Source of the DNA: an uncultured Gemmatimonadales bacterium
Lineage (GTDB): Bacteria > Gemmatimonadota > Gemmatimonadetes > Gemmatimonadales > GWC2-71-9
DNA: 31,849 nucleotides
Direction: 5' to 3'
NCBI GenBank assembly: GCA_963825055.1
Contig: CAWGSK010000032.1
Coordinates: 1 to 31,849 of the forward strand
Under the pieces are notes generated by a model. That model saw nothing but the letters and a program-made list of their open reading frames with translations. It had not been told where the DNA came from and ran no database searches. Below are positions 18,452 to 27,744 of the stretch, in pieces. Within the stretch, counting starts at the first letter, position 1, and each line of letters starts with the position of its first letter. A program made the translations under genes and the position numbers.

Positions 18452-19246
18452 ATGAAGGCAGGAGCAGCAGTGGGCGCCCTGGCGGCGGTGGTATTCTTCT
18501 GGCCCGCGCAGGGCGGGACGGTACGGACGTCCGATTTCGAGTGGCACGGCCGTATGTCGGCCGGGCAGACGCTGGAGGTCAAGGGCGTCAACGGGAGCGT
18601 CCGCGCCGTCGCATCATCCGGCAGCGAGGCCCGTGTCACCGCGTCGAAGCACAGCCGGCGCGACGACCCGGAATCGGTCCAGATCAAGGTGATCGAGCAT
18701 GCGGGAGGCGTGACCATCTGTGCCGTCTACCCGACGCCACGGAACGCGCGGCACGAGAACGAATGCGCGCCGGGCGACGAGGGCCACATGAACACGCAGA
18801 ACAACGACGTGGCCGTGGATTTCGAGGTTGAGGTGCCGGCCGGTGTCCGCTACGAGCCGACGACGGTGAACGGCGACCTCAGTGCTACCGACCTGCGCAG
18901 CGACGTGATGGCCCGGACGGTGAACGGCGGTATCGACCTCTCCACCTCCGGCCTGGCCGAAGCGGTCACCGTCAATGGTTCCATCGAGGCCAGTCTTGGC
19001 CGGGCTGACTGGAAGAACACAGCCACGTTCAAGACGGTCAATGGTGCCATCACGCTCTACCTGCCCGAGACGGTCAATGCCGAGGTCCGGGCGCGAACGG
19101 TCAACGGCGACATCTCCACCGACTACCCCCTGACCGTGAAGGGCCGTTTCGGTCCCCGGTCGGTCAACGGGACCCTGGGCGAGGGCGGCCCGATGCTGGA
19201 ACTCGAGACGGTCAACGGAGGCATCGCGCTTCGGCGTTCCCGCTGA
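18452..19246 (+). CDS. DUF4097 family beta-strand repeat protein
   Basis: AAGGA before ATG 18452; signal peptide; repeated TVNG.I units; one Cys pair. Confidence 0.85.
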   Translation: MKAGAAVGALAAVVFFWPAQGGTVRTSDFEWHGRMSAGQTLEVKGVNGSVRAVASSGSEARVTASKHSRRDDPESVQIKVIEHAGGVTICAVYPTPRNARHENECAPGDEGHMNTQNNDVAVDFEVEVPAGVRYEPTTVNGDLSATDLRSDVMARTVNGGIDLSTSGLAEAVTVNGSIEASLGRADWKNTATFKTVNGAITLYLPETVNAEVRARTVNGDISTDYPLTVKGRFGPRSVNGTLGEGGPMLELETVNGGIALRRSR

Positions 19247-19263
19247 CCCTCGTTGCCTGACGC

Positions 19264-19299
19264 AATGCCGGCCCCCGGGGAATCCCGGGGGCCGGCATT
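19264..19299. terminator. Perfect 16-bp hairpin between convergent genes
   Basis: AATGCCGGCCCCCGGG-GAAT-CCCGGGGGCCGGCATT; weak U-tracts. Confidence 0.7.
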
Positions 19300-19317
19300 C
19301 TGCGTACGGAGGCCGCG

Positions 19318-19776
19318 TCAGGCCGCCGCGGGGATTTCCGACGTGCACTGCGGGCAGCGCGTGGCCTTGATCGAGATGGTCGAGGTGCAGTAGGGGCAGT
19401 TGCGATCGGTCGGCTCCGAGGGCGCGGCATCCTCCTTCCGCTTGAGCTGCTGGAAGGCCCGGACCAGGAGGAAGACGGTGAATGCCACGATCAGGAACGT
19501 CACCAGGTTGGTGATGAAGGTTCCGTAGTTCAGCGTGACGGCCCCGGCCTCCCTGGCGTCGGCCAGGGTGAGGTACGGGCCGGGGGTCTCACCCGGCTTC
19601 AGCACGGTGAACATGTTGTTGAAGTCCACGTTGCCGAGGAGAAGGCCGATCGGGGGCATGATGACATCGTCCACAAGGCTCTTCACCACGGTGCCGAACG
19701 CCGCGCCGATAATGACGCCTACAGCGAGATCGACGACATTGCCCTTCACGGCGAAGGCCTTGAAGTCTTTCCACAT
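19318..19776 (-). CDS. mscL: Large-conductance mechanosensitive channel with C-terminal zinc ribbon
   Basis: [47 protein letters not shown] tail. Confidence 0.96.
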   Translation of the reverse strand: MWKDFKAFAVKGNVVDLAVGVIIGAAFGTVVKSLVDDVIMPPIGLLLGNVDFNNMFTVLKPGETPGPYLTLADAREAGAVTLNYGTFITNLVTFLIVAFTVFLLVRAFQQLKRKEDAAPSEPTDRNCPYCTSTISIKATRCPQCTSEIPAAA

Positions 19777-19930
19777 TCGCGGCTCCAGAGTTCCGGGGAG
19801 GAGGGTTAGCGGGGGAATCAGGCCGTCGGCCGATGCCATAGTACGAGCCGGGCCGGAAGGTGTCAACGCGATACCGGGAACCCTGTACCCGGGACGTACC
19901 GGCGTGGCGCCGGCCGTATTACCATCCGGC

Positions 19931-20998
19931 ATGCGCCTGCTCGACTCCAAGTACCAGCGTGCGGCTGTCCTGATCCTGGTCCTGGGTATGGCCCTGGTGG
20001 TCGCGCTGTACCCGTTCGTGACCGGGCTCATCGGGATCCCGGTGCTGTACGTGATCTTCGCTCCCGTCTACCGGGCGATCACCCCGCCGCTCCGACCCTC
20101 GATCTCGGCTGGACTCGTGACGGCGCTGGCGCTGGTGCTGATCGTCGTACCGGTCGCCCTCATCACGGGCGTGCTGGTCAATGAGGCGCCGCAGATGGCG
20201 GCGAATATTGTTCACAGTGCGGCCATCGGCCGGCTTGCCGAGATGAGGGTGGGCCCCTATGAGATCGGCCCCGAGCTGGTCAAGCGGGGCGAGCAACTCG
20301 TGGCATGGATCGGCAGCGGGGCCATCGGCCTGATCGGGACGGCGACGCGTCTCTCGCTGAACATGACGATCTCCCTCTTCGGGCTGTACTACCTCCTGAT
20401 CTGGTCCGAGGAAACATGGGAAGCGATCGTCCCCTACATCCCCTTCTCGCCCGCCAACACCAGGGTCCTCCGGACGCGCTTCAAGGATGTCACCAACAGC
20501 ACCCTGATCGGGACGGGCCTGACCGCCATCATCCAGGGACTCATGGTGGGGGGCGCCTTCTGGGTGGCGGGGCTGTCCAACCCGATGTTCTGGGGGATCA
20601 TCACGGTCTTCCTGGCGATCCTGCCGATCGTGGGCAGCGGGCTGGTCTGGCTTCCCGGCGTGCTGGTGCTGTTCCTGGATGATCGCTACGTGGCGGCGAC
20701 CCTGATGGTGGTATGGGGGCTGGTGGTGGTGGCCAACGTGGACAATGTCATCCGGCCGATCGTGTTCCGGCGATGGGCCAAGATCCACCCGCTGGTCACC
20801 CTGGTGGGTGCGTTCGCCGGCATCCGCTACTTCGGCCTTCTTGGCCTCCTGGTCGGGCCGCTGGCGCTGTCATACTTCTTCGCGCTGATCGGCATGTACA
20901 AGGAGGAATACATTCACCGTCGTCGCCGGCTCATCAGTGCCCCGGACGACCGACGTTCGGCCCCCGGGCGGCGGGCCGAGACCGACGCCGCCACGTGA
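19931..20998 (+). CDS. AI-2E family transporter
   Basis: Multi-[43 protein letters not shown]. Confidence 0.9.
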   Translation: MRLLDSKYQRAAVLILVLGMALVVALYPFVTGLIGIPVLYVIFAPVYRAITPPLRPSISAGLVTALALVLIVVPVALITGVLVNEAPQMAANIVHSAAIGRLAEMRVGPYEIGPELVKRGEQLVAWIGSGAIGLIGTATRLSLNMTISLFGLYYLLIWSEETWEAIVPYIPFSPANTRVLRTRFKDVTNSTLIGTGLTAIIQGLMVGGAFWVAGLSNPMFWGIITVFLAILPIVGSGLVWLPGVLVLFLDDRYVAATLMVVWGLVVVANVDNVIRPIVFRRWAKIHPLVTLVGAFAGIRYFGLLGLLVGPLALSYFFALIGMYKEEYIHRRRRLISAPDDRRSAPGRRAETDAAT

Positions 20999-22301
20999 GG
21001 TAGGCGGGGACACCCAGCCCGAGAAGGAGTGTGCCCCGCAGCGCGTTCCCCGGGTTGGACACGATCGATCCCACCACAACGTAGGCCGCCGCCATCAGGA
21101 ACAGGATGAGGAGCCAGGGATAGAGCGGCATGCGGAACGCCTCGCCGGGCTGAGCCGCCCCGCCGTCCCGTCGCCGGAAGACGAAGAGCGTGGCGGCCGT
21201 CAATCCGAAGAAGATCCAGTCGCCGAAGACCACATAGTCCAGCAGCTGGCCATACGTCCCCGAATACACCAGCAGCGCGCCCCAGGCACCCTGAAACACG
21301 ATCGCCACGGTCGGCGTGCGGAAGCGCCGGTGCAGGCGGGCGAACTGCGGGAAGAAGAGCCCGTCGCTGGCCATGGCCTGGTACACGCGCGGGGAGACCA
21401 GGATCACCAGGTTCAGGAAGCCGAAGGTCGAGAGCGCGATCCCCGCGGCGATGCCCCGGCGCCCCACCTCGCCCATGAGGCTTGCCATCGTGTCTGAGGC
21501 CGGTGCGGGGCTGGCCGCGAGGCCACCCGGGCCGAGGACGCGGAGGTACGTGTAGTTCGCGAGGACGTAGACCGCGACGACGATGACCACGCCGAGCACC
21601 AGCGCGCGCGGCAGGGTGCGGGGGGCGTCGATGACCTCCTCGGCGATGAAGTTGGCCTGCTGCCACCCGCCGAAAGCGAAGAGCACCGGGACGAGGGCGG
21701 TGCCGATGATGACGATCAGCCCGCCTCGACCTGTCGTGTCCCCGGCGGGCATGCCTCCCCCGCTTCCGGCCAGCATGAGTCCCGCGACGACCAGGGCAGC
21801 CAGCGCGACCAGCTTCAGGACCGTGAAGATGTTCTGGGTGATCGCCCCCGGCTTCACGCCGAGGTAATTGATGCCCGAGAGCACCACGATCGCCCCCACT
21901 GCCAGCGCCCGCCTGGAGGAATCCGGGAGCCCGAGCATGGGGGCGGCATAGCTGGCGAAGGTTACCGCGACTGCGGCGATGGCCCCGGTGGCGATGACCA
22001 GGAGCAGCGCCCATGCGTAGAGGAAAGCCGGCAGGGAACCGAATGCGTCGCGGAGATAGACATAGCCGCCGCCTGCCGCGGGTTTGCGCTGTCCCAGCTC
22101 GCCGAAGATGAACGCGCCCGCGAGAGCAATGGCGCCGCCGAGCGCCCAGACGGCGAGGGTGAGGCCGCTGGTGCCCGTGCGCTGTGCCACGATCGCGGGG
22201 TTCAGGAAGATGCCGGCGCCGATGATGCCACCCACCACGACCATCGTGGCGGAGAACAGGCCGAGGCTCCGGGCGTATTCCACCCGCGCGGGTTCGCTCA
22301 T
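20934..22301 (-). CDS. APC family amino acid permease
   Basis: R.LGLFS..GGIIGAGIF; GG.YVYL..AFG; FAFGGW..AEE; PRVYQAMA.DG.F; AAGGA before ATG. Confidence 0.92.
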   Translation of the reverse strand: MSEPARVEYARSLGLFSATMVVVGGIIGAGIFLNPAIVAQRTGTSGLTLAVWALGGAIALAGAFIFGELGQRKPAAGGGYVYLRDAFGSLPAFLYAWALLLVIATGAIAAVAVTFASYAAPMLGLPDSSRRALAVGAIVVLSGINYLGVKPGAITQNIFTVLKLVALAALVVAGLMLAGSGGGMPAGDTTGRGGLIVIIGTALVPVLFAFGGWQQANFIAEEVIDAPRTLPRALVLGVVIVVAVYVLANYTYLRVLGPGGLAASPAPASDTMASLMGEVGRRGIAAGIALSTFGFLNLVILVSPRVYQAMASDGLFFPQFARLHRRFRTPTVAIVFQGAWGALLVYSGTYGQLLDYVVFGDWIFFGLTAATLFVFRRRDGGAAQPGEAFRMPLYPWLLILFLMAAAYVVVGSIVSNPGNALRGTLLLGLGVPAYLTWRRRSRPAARGPNVGRPGH

Positions 22302-22397
22302 TGCGGGACATTCCTTTCGGGGAGGGTCGGCAGGGCCGGTGGCACGCCTGACGTGCCCCTGAGTGTCGGGGTTGGGGCGGCGCGCGTCAAGCTGGAG

Positions 22398-22439
22398 GGA
22401 CGAAGGACGAAGGACGAACGACGAAGGGCGAAGGGCGAA
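22398..22439. repeat. Intergenic heptamer tandem repeat (GGACGAA-type) x6
   Basis: GGACGAA x3, CGACGAA, GGGCGAA x2, immediately past the response regulator stop. Confidence 0.85.
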
Positions 22440-22443
22440 AGGG

Positions 22444-22821
22444 TCAGGAGGCAGGCAGGGGTGGCATATCCAGGATCCGACGGACTTCGGCACCGAGCCC
22501 GATCACGTCGAAAGGCTTCCGGATCACGCCGCGTGCCCCGACGATGCTGGCGACGGCTTCCGGGTCGGCGGCCGTCAGGAGAATGACCGGGATCTCGCGT
22601 CCCGAGCCGTCGCGCTGCAGGCGCTCGAGGAAGGCGGGGCCGCTCATGGTCGGCATCATCAGGTCAAGCAGGATGGCGTCGGGTGGTTCGGCACGTGCGC
22701 GTGCCAGCGCCTCGACGCCACTGGTGCAGCCGATGGCCTCGAAGCCATCGACCTGCGTCAGTGTCCGGATAACTCGCTGCAGGACGTCGGCGTCATCATC
22801 CACTACCAGCAGTCGCATCAT
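22444..22821 (-). CDS. Single-domain response regulator (CheY-like)
   Basis: LLVVDDD, LLDLMMP, LLT, RKPF all intact; start overlaps the upstream stop. Confidence 0.92.
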   Translation of the reverse strand: MMRLLVVDDDADVLQRVIRTLTQVDGFEAIGCTSGVEALARARAEPPDAILLDLMMPTMSGPAFLERLQRDGSGREIPVILLTAADPEAVASIVGARGVIRKPFDVIGLGAEVRRILDMPPLPAS

Positions 22822-24365
22822 GCTCCCCGGTTCGGGATCTGCGCGGGGGTGAGCAGGCGGCGCACCCTCGCGATCAGTTCCGGCGAGGCGAACGGCCTGA
22901 GCAGGTAGTCGTCCGCCCCCGCCTCGAATGCACGCACGATGTGTGCCTCCTCCCCGAGTCCTGCGAGCATGAGTACCGGGGTGTTCTGGTGGGCTGTCAT
23001 GGCGCGTAACTGCCTGACCAGGCTGAATCCGTCGATCCTGGGCAGGTCCACGTCCACCATCACCAGCGACACATCCGTGGCGCCGGCGCACTGCAGCGCG
23101 GCCGCCCCGTCGGGGTGATGCAACACCTGGAAGCCTTCCCGCTCGAGTCTGCGGGAGATGGCGCCGGCAATGTAGGGGTCACCCTGGGCAAGCAGGATCC
23201 GGCGCTCCGGCAGGGACAATGGTGCGTCGCCGACGAGCAGCCGGTGACCGCCTGCGCTCCGCGCGGCATAGAGGAGGCGGTCGGCCTGGTTGAGCAACAT
23301 GTCGACCGGCTGGCCCGGCAGAACCTCCACGATGCCGGCGGAGCAGGACGGTGAGTAGTCGCCCTGATCGTCCTCGAAGCGTTCCCCGCCCAGCCGTGCC
23401 TGGAATTTCTCGAGCGCCCGCCGGCCATCGGCGGCGCCCGCCCGGGGAAGGAGCAGGGCGAAGGTGTCGCCCCCCCACCGCGCCACGAGGTCGGTATCGC
23501 GGAGTCCCATGCTAAGGAGGCTGGCGGTACGCCGGAGCAACTCGTCCGGCATCCGGCCGTCGGTTGTCGCGCCGGGTCGCGGATCGAGCTGGAGCAGTGC
23601 GAGTGACAGTGGGGCGCCTCCCCGCACGGCCATGGCACGCAGCCGGTCGAAGGTCTCGTAGAAGGAGGCCCTGTTCGGCAGGCCGGTCAGCGAGTCATGG
23701 CGGGATTCGAATGCCGTCTCACCTGCCCGCTGGAGCCGGGACGCGACGGCCGCGGCGATGACTCCCGTATCCGGGGGCTTGTCGAACAGTGCGTCCGCCC
23801 CCAGTGCGTAGCATTCCGCGCGCGGCTGGTCCCCCAGGCGCGGCGCGAGGACGAAGATCGGGATCCCCGCGGTGGCCGGGGATTCCCTCAGCCGTCCGAG
23901 GAGCTGCCGGCCATCCCCGTCAGGCAGCACCAGCTCCAGCAGGATCAGTGCGACCTCGTGCTCCGCGATCGCCTCCAGGGCGGCGGCAATCGAACCCGCC
24001 ACCGTGATCGCCCGCGTGGGCGCCGCGAGCGCCGCTTCCAGCAGTTTCGCAGTCAGGGTGTCGGGCTCCACGAGCAGGAGCCGCAGTCGTCCGCCCGATT
24101 CTTCATGCACCAGGCCACGGAGGAAGCTCAGGAACTCCGAGAGACGCTGCCGCATTGCGGCCGGGGTGGCCGACTCGAGCCTGGCGGCCTCCGCGCCGAG
24201 CTGGCGGCTGCCGCTGGCGGGGCCGAGGGTTCGCAGGTTTCGCGCGAGGCGGCGCACCGCTTCCTGCGCGGCGGCGTCGCGCCGGGCGACGGCGGCCTCC
24301 AGTCCTTCCAGCGCGAGAATTCTCGCGGTGATGCCTTCCGCGATCCAGGCGCGCGGTTCGGCCAC
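22818..24365 (-). CDS. Hpt-like - REC - GGDEF - REC protein, all domains degenerate
   Basis: DSLTGLPNR..RDTDLVARWGGDTF; two receiver folds; N-terminal helical bundle RRLARNLRT. Confidence 0.85.
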   Translation of the reverse strand: MAEPRAWIAEGITARILALEGLEAAVARRDAAAQEAVRRLARNLRTLGPASGSRQLGAEAARLESATPAAMRQRLSEFLSFLRGLVHEESGGRLRLLLVEPDTLTAKLLEAALAAPTRAITVAGSIAAALEAIAEHEVALILLELVLPDGDGRQLLGRLRESPATAGIPIFVLAPRLGDQPRAECYALGADALFDKPPDTGVIAAAVASRLQRAGETAFESRHDSLTGLPNRASFYETFDRLRAMAVRGGAPLSLALLQLDPRPGATTDGRMPDELLRRTASLLSMGLRDTDLVARWGGDTFALLLPRAGAADGRRALEKFQARLGGERFEDDQGDYSPSCSAGIVEVLPGQPVDMLLNQADRLLYAARSAGGHRLLVGDAPLSLPERRILLAQGDPYIAGAISRRLEREGFQVLHHPDGAAALQCAGATDVSLVMVDVDLPRIDGFSLVRQLRAMTAHQNTPVLMLAGLGEEAHIVRAFEAGADDYLLRPFASPELIARVRRLLTPAQIPNRGA

Positions 24366-24480
24366 GTCCGGCTCCGGGTGTCAGGGATGTGTGGCGATCT
24401 CCCGGAAGGTAGGGGGCGGACCGGAAGTGGGCGAGGGCGGCCGTTTCCCCCGTCCCGTTCCGGGCTTACTTTTGCCGGCC

Positions 24481-25440
24481 ATGCCGAGCCCGCCGTCCGG
24501 AGGTCATCTCAACCGGGGAGCAATCCTCCTCGCGTTCGCCGCAGTGTACGTCATCTGGGGATCGACGTACCTCGCCATCCTCTTCGCGATTCAGTCGCTG
24601 CCGCCGTTCCTGATGGCCGGTACCCGGTTCCTGGTGGCCGGCGGGATCCTGCTGGGGTGGGCGAGGCTCGCGGGACCGTTTCGAATCACGCGCCGGCAAC
24701 TTCTTACCACGGCGGCGGTGGGTTCGCTCCTCTTCCTGCTCGGCAACGGCTCGGTAGTGTGGTCGGAGCAGCGCATTCCAAGCGGCGTGGCCGCCCTGAT
24801 CGTGGCGATGGTACCGCTCTGGATTGTCCTGCTCGAGTGGCTCCTCCCCAACGGGCGCCGACCGGACTGGCGCGTCGGGGCGGGACTCGTGGCCGGGACG
24901 GCAGGCCTCTTCCTGCTGCTGGGCCCGGCCGACGCGACCCTCGGGGAACCCGTGGATCTGGTTGGCGGCTCAGTGCTGCTGCTGGGGACATTCTGCTGGG
25001 CGGCGGGGTCCCTGCTGACCCGGCACGGCGACAACCCCGGGACGCCCCGGCTGGCCATCGCGCTGCAGATGCTGTCGGGGGGCGCCGGGCTGCTCGTGGT
25101 GGCGGCATTACACGGAGACTTCCAGGCCTTCGACGCGTCGCAGGTGACGCTGCGTTCCTGGCTGGCGCTGGCCTACCTCGTGATATTCGGGGCCCTGATC
25201 GGGTTTTCCTCCTATGCCTACCTGCTGCGTACCGTGCGGCCGACGCAGGTGGCGACCTATGCCTATGTGAACCCGGTGGTCGCGGTCTTCCTCGGCTGGG
25301 TGCTGGCGGGCGAGGCGCTGACGGCCCGGAGCCTCATCGCGATGGTGGTCATCGTGGCCGCGGTTGCCTTCATCACCTCGAGCACATCCTTCCGTCCCGC
25401 GCCGAGGCCCCAGGCGCCAACCTCCCCGCGCGGGGTATAG
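24481..25440 (+). CDS. EamA/DMT family transporter (YedA-like)
   Basis: VYVIWGSTYLAI..PPFLMAGTRF; YAYVNPVVAVFLG; about 10 TMs. Confidence 0.92.
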   Translation: MPSPPSGGHLNRGAILLAFAAVYVIWGSTYLAILFAIQSLPPFLMAGTRFLVAGGILLGWARLAGPFRITRRQLLTTAAVGSLLFLLGNGSVVWSEQRIPSGVAALIVAMVPLWIVLLEWLLPNGRRPDWRVGAGLVAGTAGLFLLLGPADATLGEPVDLVGGSVLLLGTFCWAAGSLLTRHGDNPGTPRLAIALQMLSGGAGLLVVAALHGDFQAFDASQVTLRSWLALAYLVIFGALIGFSSYAYLLRTVRPTQVATYAYVNPVVAVFLGWVLAGEALTARSLIAMVVIVAAVAFITSSTSFRPAPRPQAPTSPRGV

Positions 25441-25449
25441 GTAATACAA

Positions 25450-25480
25450 CAGCCGCGCCGGGCAGGGCCCGACGCGGCTG
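25450..25480 (-). terminator. Intrinsic terminator of the OmpA-family gene
   Basis: 14-bp stem with one G-U pair on the minus strand, followed by TTGTATT. Confidence 0.7.
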
Positions 25481-25504
25481 GTGTGCGTTCAATGGGTTGA
25501 ACGG

Positions 25505-26989
25505 CTAGTCCATCTTGATCAGCTCGACCCGACGGTTCTGGGCCCGGCCTTCCGGCGTCTTGTTCGTCGCCACCGGACGGTCAGGACCATATCCCTTCGC
25601 GGTCAACCGGCTGGCATCCACGCCCTTCTTCACAAGGTAGTCCTTGACGGACTTGGCGCGGGCGTCCGAGAGCCGCATGTTGAGGCTGCGGCCGCCGGTG
25701 CTGTCAGTGTGTCCTGCAACCTCGACGTTGAAGCCCTTGCTGGCCATCAGTGACGCGGCTACGAGGTCCAGCACCTTCTGGGCGTTAAGGGTCAGGCTCG
25801 CCTTGTTCAGCTCAAACGTGACGCCCTCGAGGGTGACGCTGTTCTTGCCTTCCTCGAATAGAATCACGCAGCCGTTCGGCCCGACCAGCAGGCCGGCGGG
25901 CGTACCCGGGCACTTGTCATTGCTGTCCGGAATGCCGTCCTTATCGCTGTCGGTGATGGGGCAACCCGAACCGTCGACCTTGGTACCGGCCGGGGTATTC
26001 GGGCAGCGGTCGGCGGCGTCGGTGACGCCGTCGCCATCGGTATCGACAGAGCAACCCGTCGTGTCGACCTTGGCACCGGCCGGCGTATTCGGGCACTTGT
26101 CCATGCCATCCATGACGCCGTCCTTGTCGGCATCCTTCGGGCAGCCCGTTCCGTCGACCTGGACTCCGGCCGGCGTGTTCGGGCACTTGTCGACGTTGTC
26201 CATCACGCCGTCGTTGTCGGAATCCTTCACCTCGCAACCGGAGGTGTCGACCCGGACGCCGGCGGGCGTATTGGCGCACTTGTCGTTCTTGTCGAGAATG
26301 CCGTCGCCGTCCGAATCCTTCGGGAGCGAACAGCCAGCGCCGTCGACCCGGTCACCCATCGGGGTATCGGGACACTGATCGAACTCGTTGGCGACGCCGT
26401 CCTTGTCAGAGTCCTTCGGACCGCGGCTGCCGACGAGGAAGCTCAGGCCGGCCCGGACGCCGTAGTGGATGTTCCGGCTTACCCCGGGACTCGTGATCGT
26501 CTCAGGCGCCTCGTTTTCGGGGCTTGGGATATAGTCGATCGTCCCGTCGATCCGGAGGCCGACGTGGTCGCTCAGCCCCAGGCGGAAGCCCGCGAGGCCC
26601 GTGGCGCCGTAGTCGGTAAAGTCGAGCGGAGCGTAAGCGCTGGAGAACTTGGCGCGGACACCGCCGGCGCCGAGCAGGAAAGCGGAGTAGCCGCCCAGCG
26701 GGATGTTGTACGTCAGGCGGGCCCGGATCGGGAAGTACTTGACATCCGTACCGCTGGGATCTCGATGCGTCTTGGTGTACACCCCCTCGGCTTCCAGCGC
26801 GAGATTGTTCGCGAAGAAGAGGCCGATGAGTCCCCCGCCGCCGATCTTCTTGTCGAGTTGGAGGCTTTCGTCAAAACGCGTATAACTCGCGAACCCTGCC
26901 AGCTCCACGTTACCTGCGTTCTGCGCCATGGCCGGGACGGCCAGGACAGCTGCGCAGAGCACGGTCATGGAGAGCGTTTTCAAACTCAT
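25505..26989 (-). CDS. OmpA family outer membrane protein: beta-barrel, thrombospondin type 3 repeats, OmpA C-terminal domain
   Basis: Signal peptide AMA-Q; barrel strands; six DxDxDG..D.CP.TP units; GHTDS.G..N..LS..RA..V, NRRVE. Confidence 0.93.
   Translation of the reverse strand: MSLKTLSMTVLCAAVLAVPAMAQNAGNVELAGFASYTRFDESLQLDKKIGGGGLIGLFFANNLALEAEGVYTKTHRDPSGTDVKYFPIRARLTYNIPLGGYSAFLLGAGGVRAKFSSAYAPLDFTDYGATGLAGFRLGLSDHVGLRIDGTIDYIPSPENEAPETITSPGVSRNIHYGVRAGLSFLVGSRGPKDSDKDGVANEFDQCPDTPMGDRVDGAGCSLPKDSDGDGILDKNDKCANTPAGVRVDTSGCEVKDSDNDGVMDNVDKCPNTPAGVQVDGTGCPKDADKDGVMDGMDKCPNTPAGAKVDTTGCSVDTDGDGVTDAADRCPNTPAGTKVDGSGCPITDSDKDGIPDSNDKCPGTPAGLLVGPNGCVILFEEGKNSVTLEGVTFELNKASLTLNAQKVLDLVAASLMASKGFNVEVAGHTDSTGGRSLNMRLSDARAKSVKDYLVKKGVDASRLTAKGYGPDRPVATNKTPEGRAQNRRVELIKMD
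25868..26413 (-). repeat. Six coding TSP3-like Ca-binding repeats (~30 aa)
   Basis: DSDKDGV, DSDGDGI, DSDNDGV, DADKDGV, DTDGDGV, DSDKDGI units, each with two Cys. Confidence 0.88.
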
Positions 26990-27131
26990 AGATCCCCCTT
27001 TGCTGGTTGCCCTGATGATGGTCGGATGTCAAAACAGCCACGGATCGCGCGATCAGGTGCGCAAGCGGTTTCTCGTGCGACCAGCGAGGATCCAGGGTGC
27101 CGGCGGTTCCGGTCACCTCTCCCCGGGCGTT

Positions 27132-27161
27132 TCTATACTGCACTGCCTTAAAAGGTAGCAA
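27132..27161 (-). promoter_or_regulatory. Candidate sigma70 promoter of the OmpA-family gene
   Basis: Minus strand TTGCTA-N18-TATAGA in an AT-rich patch; implies a ~135 nt leader. Confidence 0.35.
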
Positions 27162-27283
27162 GATGGCACAGCAAAGCACGTGATGGAGGTCACCGGCCCG
27201 CAGGTTGTACAAGCCGTTATCTCCCAGCGATTTAAGAAGATCCGGAGTGGCATCGGGACCCAACCCGGGGGCCCAGTCGGCCC

Positions 27284-27338
27284 TTGACAGCGTATCGCAT
27301 ACGTGCTAAATAATCAGCATACTGCTGTATTTTCAGCA
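27284..27338 (+). promoter_or_regulatory. sigma70 promoter with two tandem TGCT-N8-AGCA operators
   Basis: TTGACA 27284-89, 17 nt, TAAATA; boxes TGCTAAATAATCAGCA (27304-19) and TGCTGTATTTTCAGCA (27323-38); GGAGG SD follows. Confidence 0.75.
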
Positions 27339-27361
27339 TAGGCTACCTCCGGAGGAGTCGC

Positions 27362-27742
27362 ATGCAGGATCAGAAGCTCAGCCGTCGCGAGCGGCAGATC
27401 ATGGACATCCTCTACCAGCGGGGAGAGGGGACGGTCAGTGAAGTCATGGACGGCCTGGCGGATCCGCCGAGTTATTCCGCCGTCCGTGCCACGCTGCGCG
27501 TTCTGGAGGAAAAGGGCCATGTGAAACATCGGGAAGACGGGCCGCGTTACGTCTACCTGCCGGCCGTGGCCAGGGAGCGGGCCCGGCGGGATGCCCTGCA
27601 GCACCTGCTGCAGACCTTCTTCGGAGGTTCCGCCGAGCAGGCCGTCGCGGCCCTCATGCAGATGTCGGAAGCCGATCTTACACCGGGCGATCTCGAACGC
27701 CTGGCCGAACGTACCCGTCAGGCCCGGAAGGAGGGGCGCTGA
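27362..27742 (+). CDS. BlaI/MecI/CopY family repressor
   Basis: LSRRERQIMDILY..G.V.EV..YSAVR..L..LEEKG.V..Y.Y; FFGGS. Confidence 0.93.
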   Translation: MQDQKLSRRERQIMDILYQRGEGTVSEVMDGLADPPSYSAVRATLRVLEEKGHVKHREDGPRYVYLPAVARERARRDALQHLLQTFFGGSAEQAVAALMQMSEADLTPGDLERLAERTRQARKEGR

Positions 27743-27744
27743 GG

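Noticed and set aside
27163..27178. sigma54 promoter TGGCAC..GC
   Set aside because: GG-to-GC spacing is one base short and TTGC is missing.
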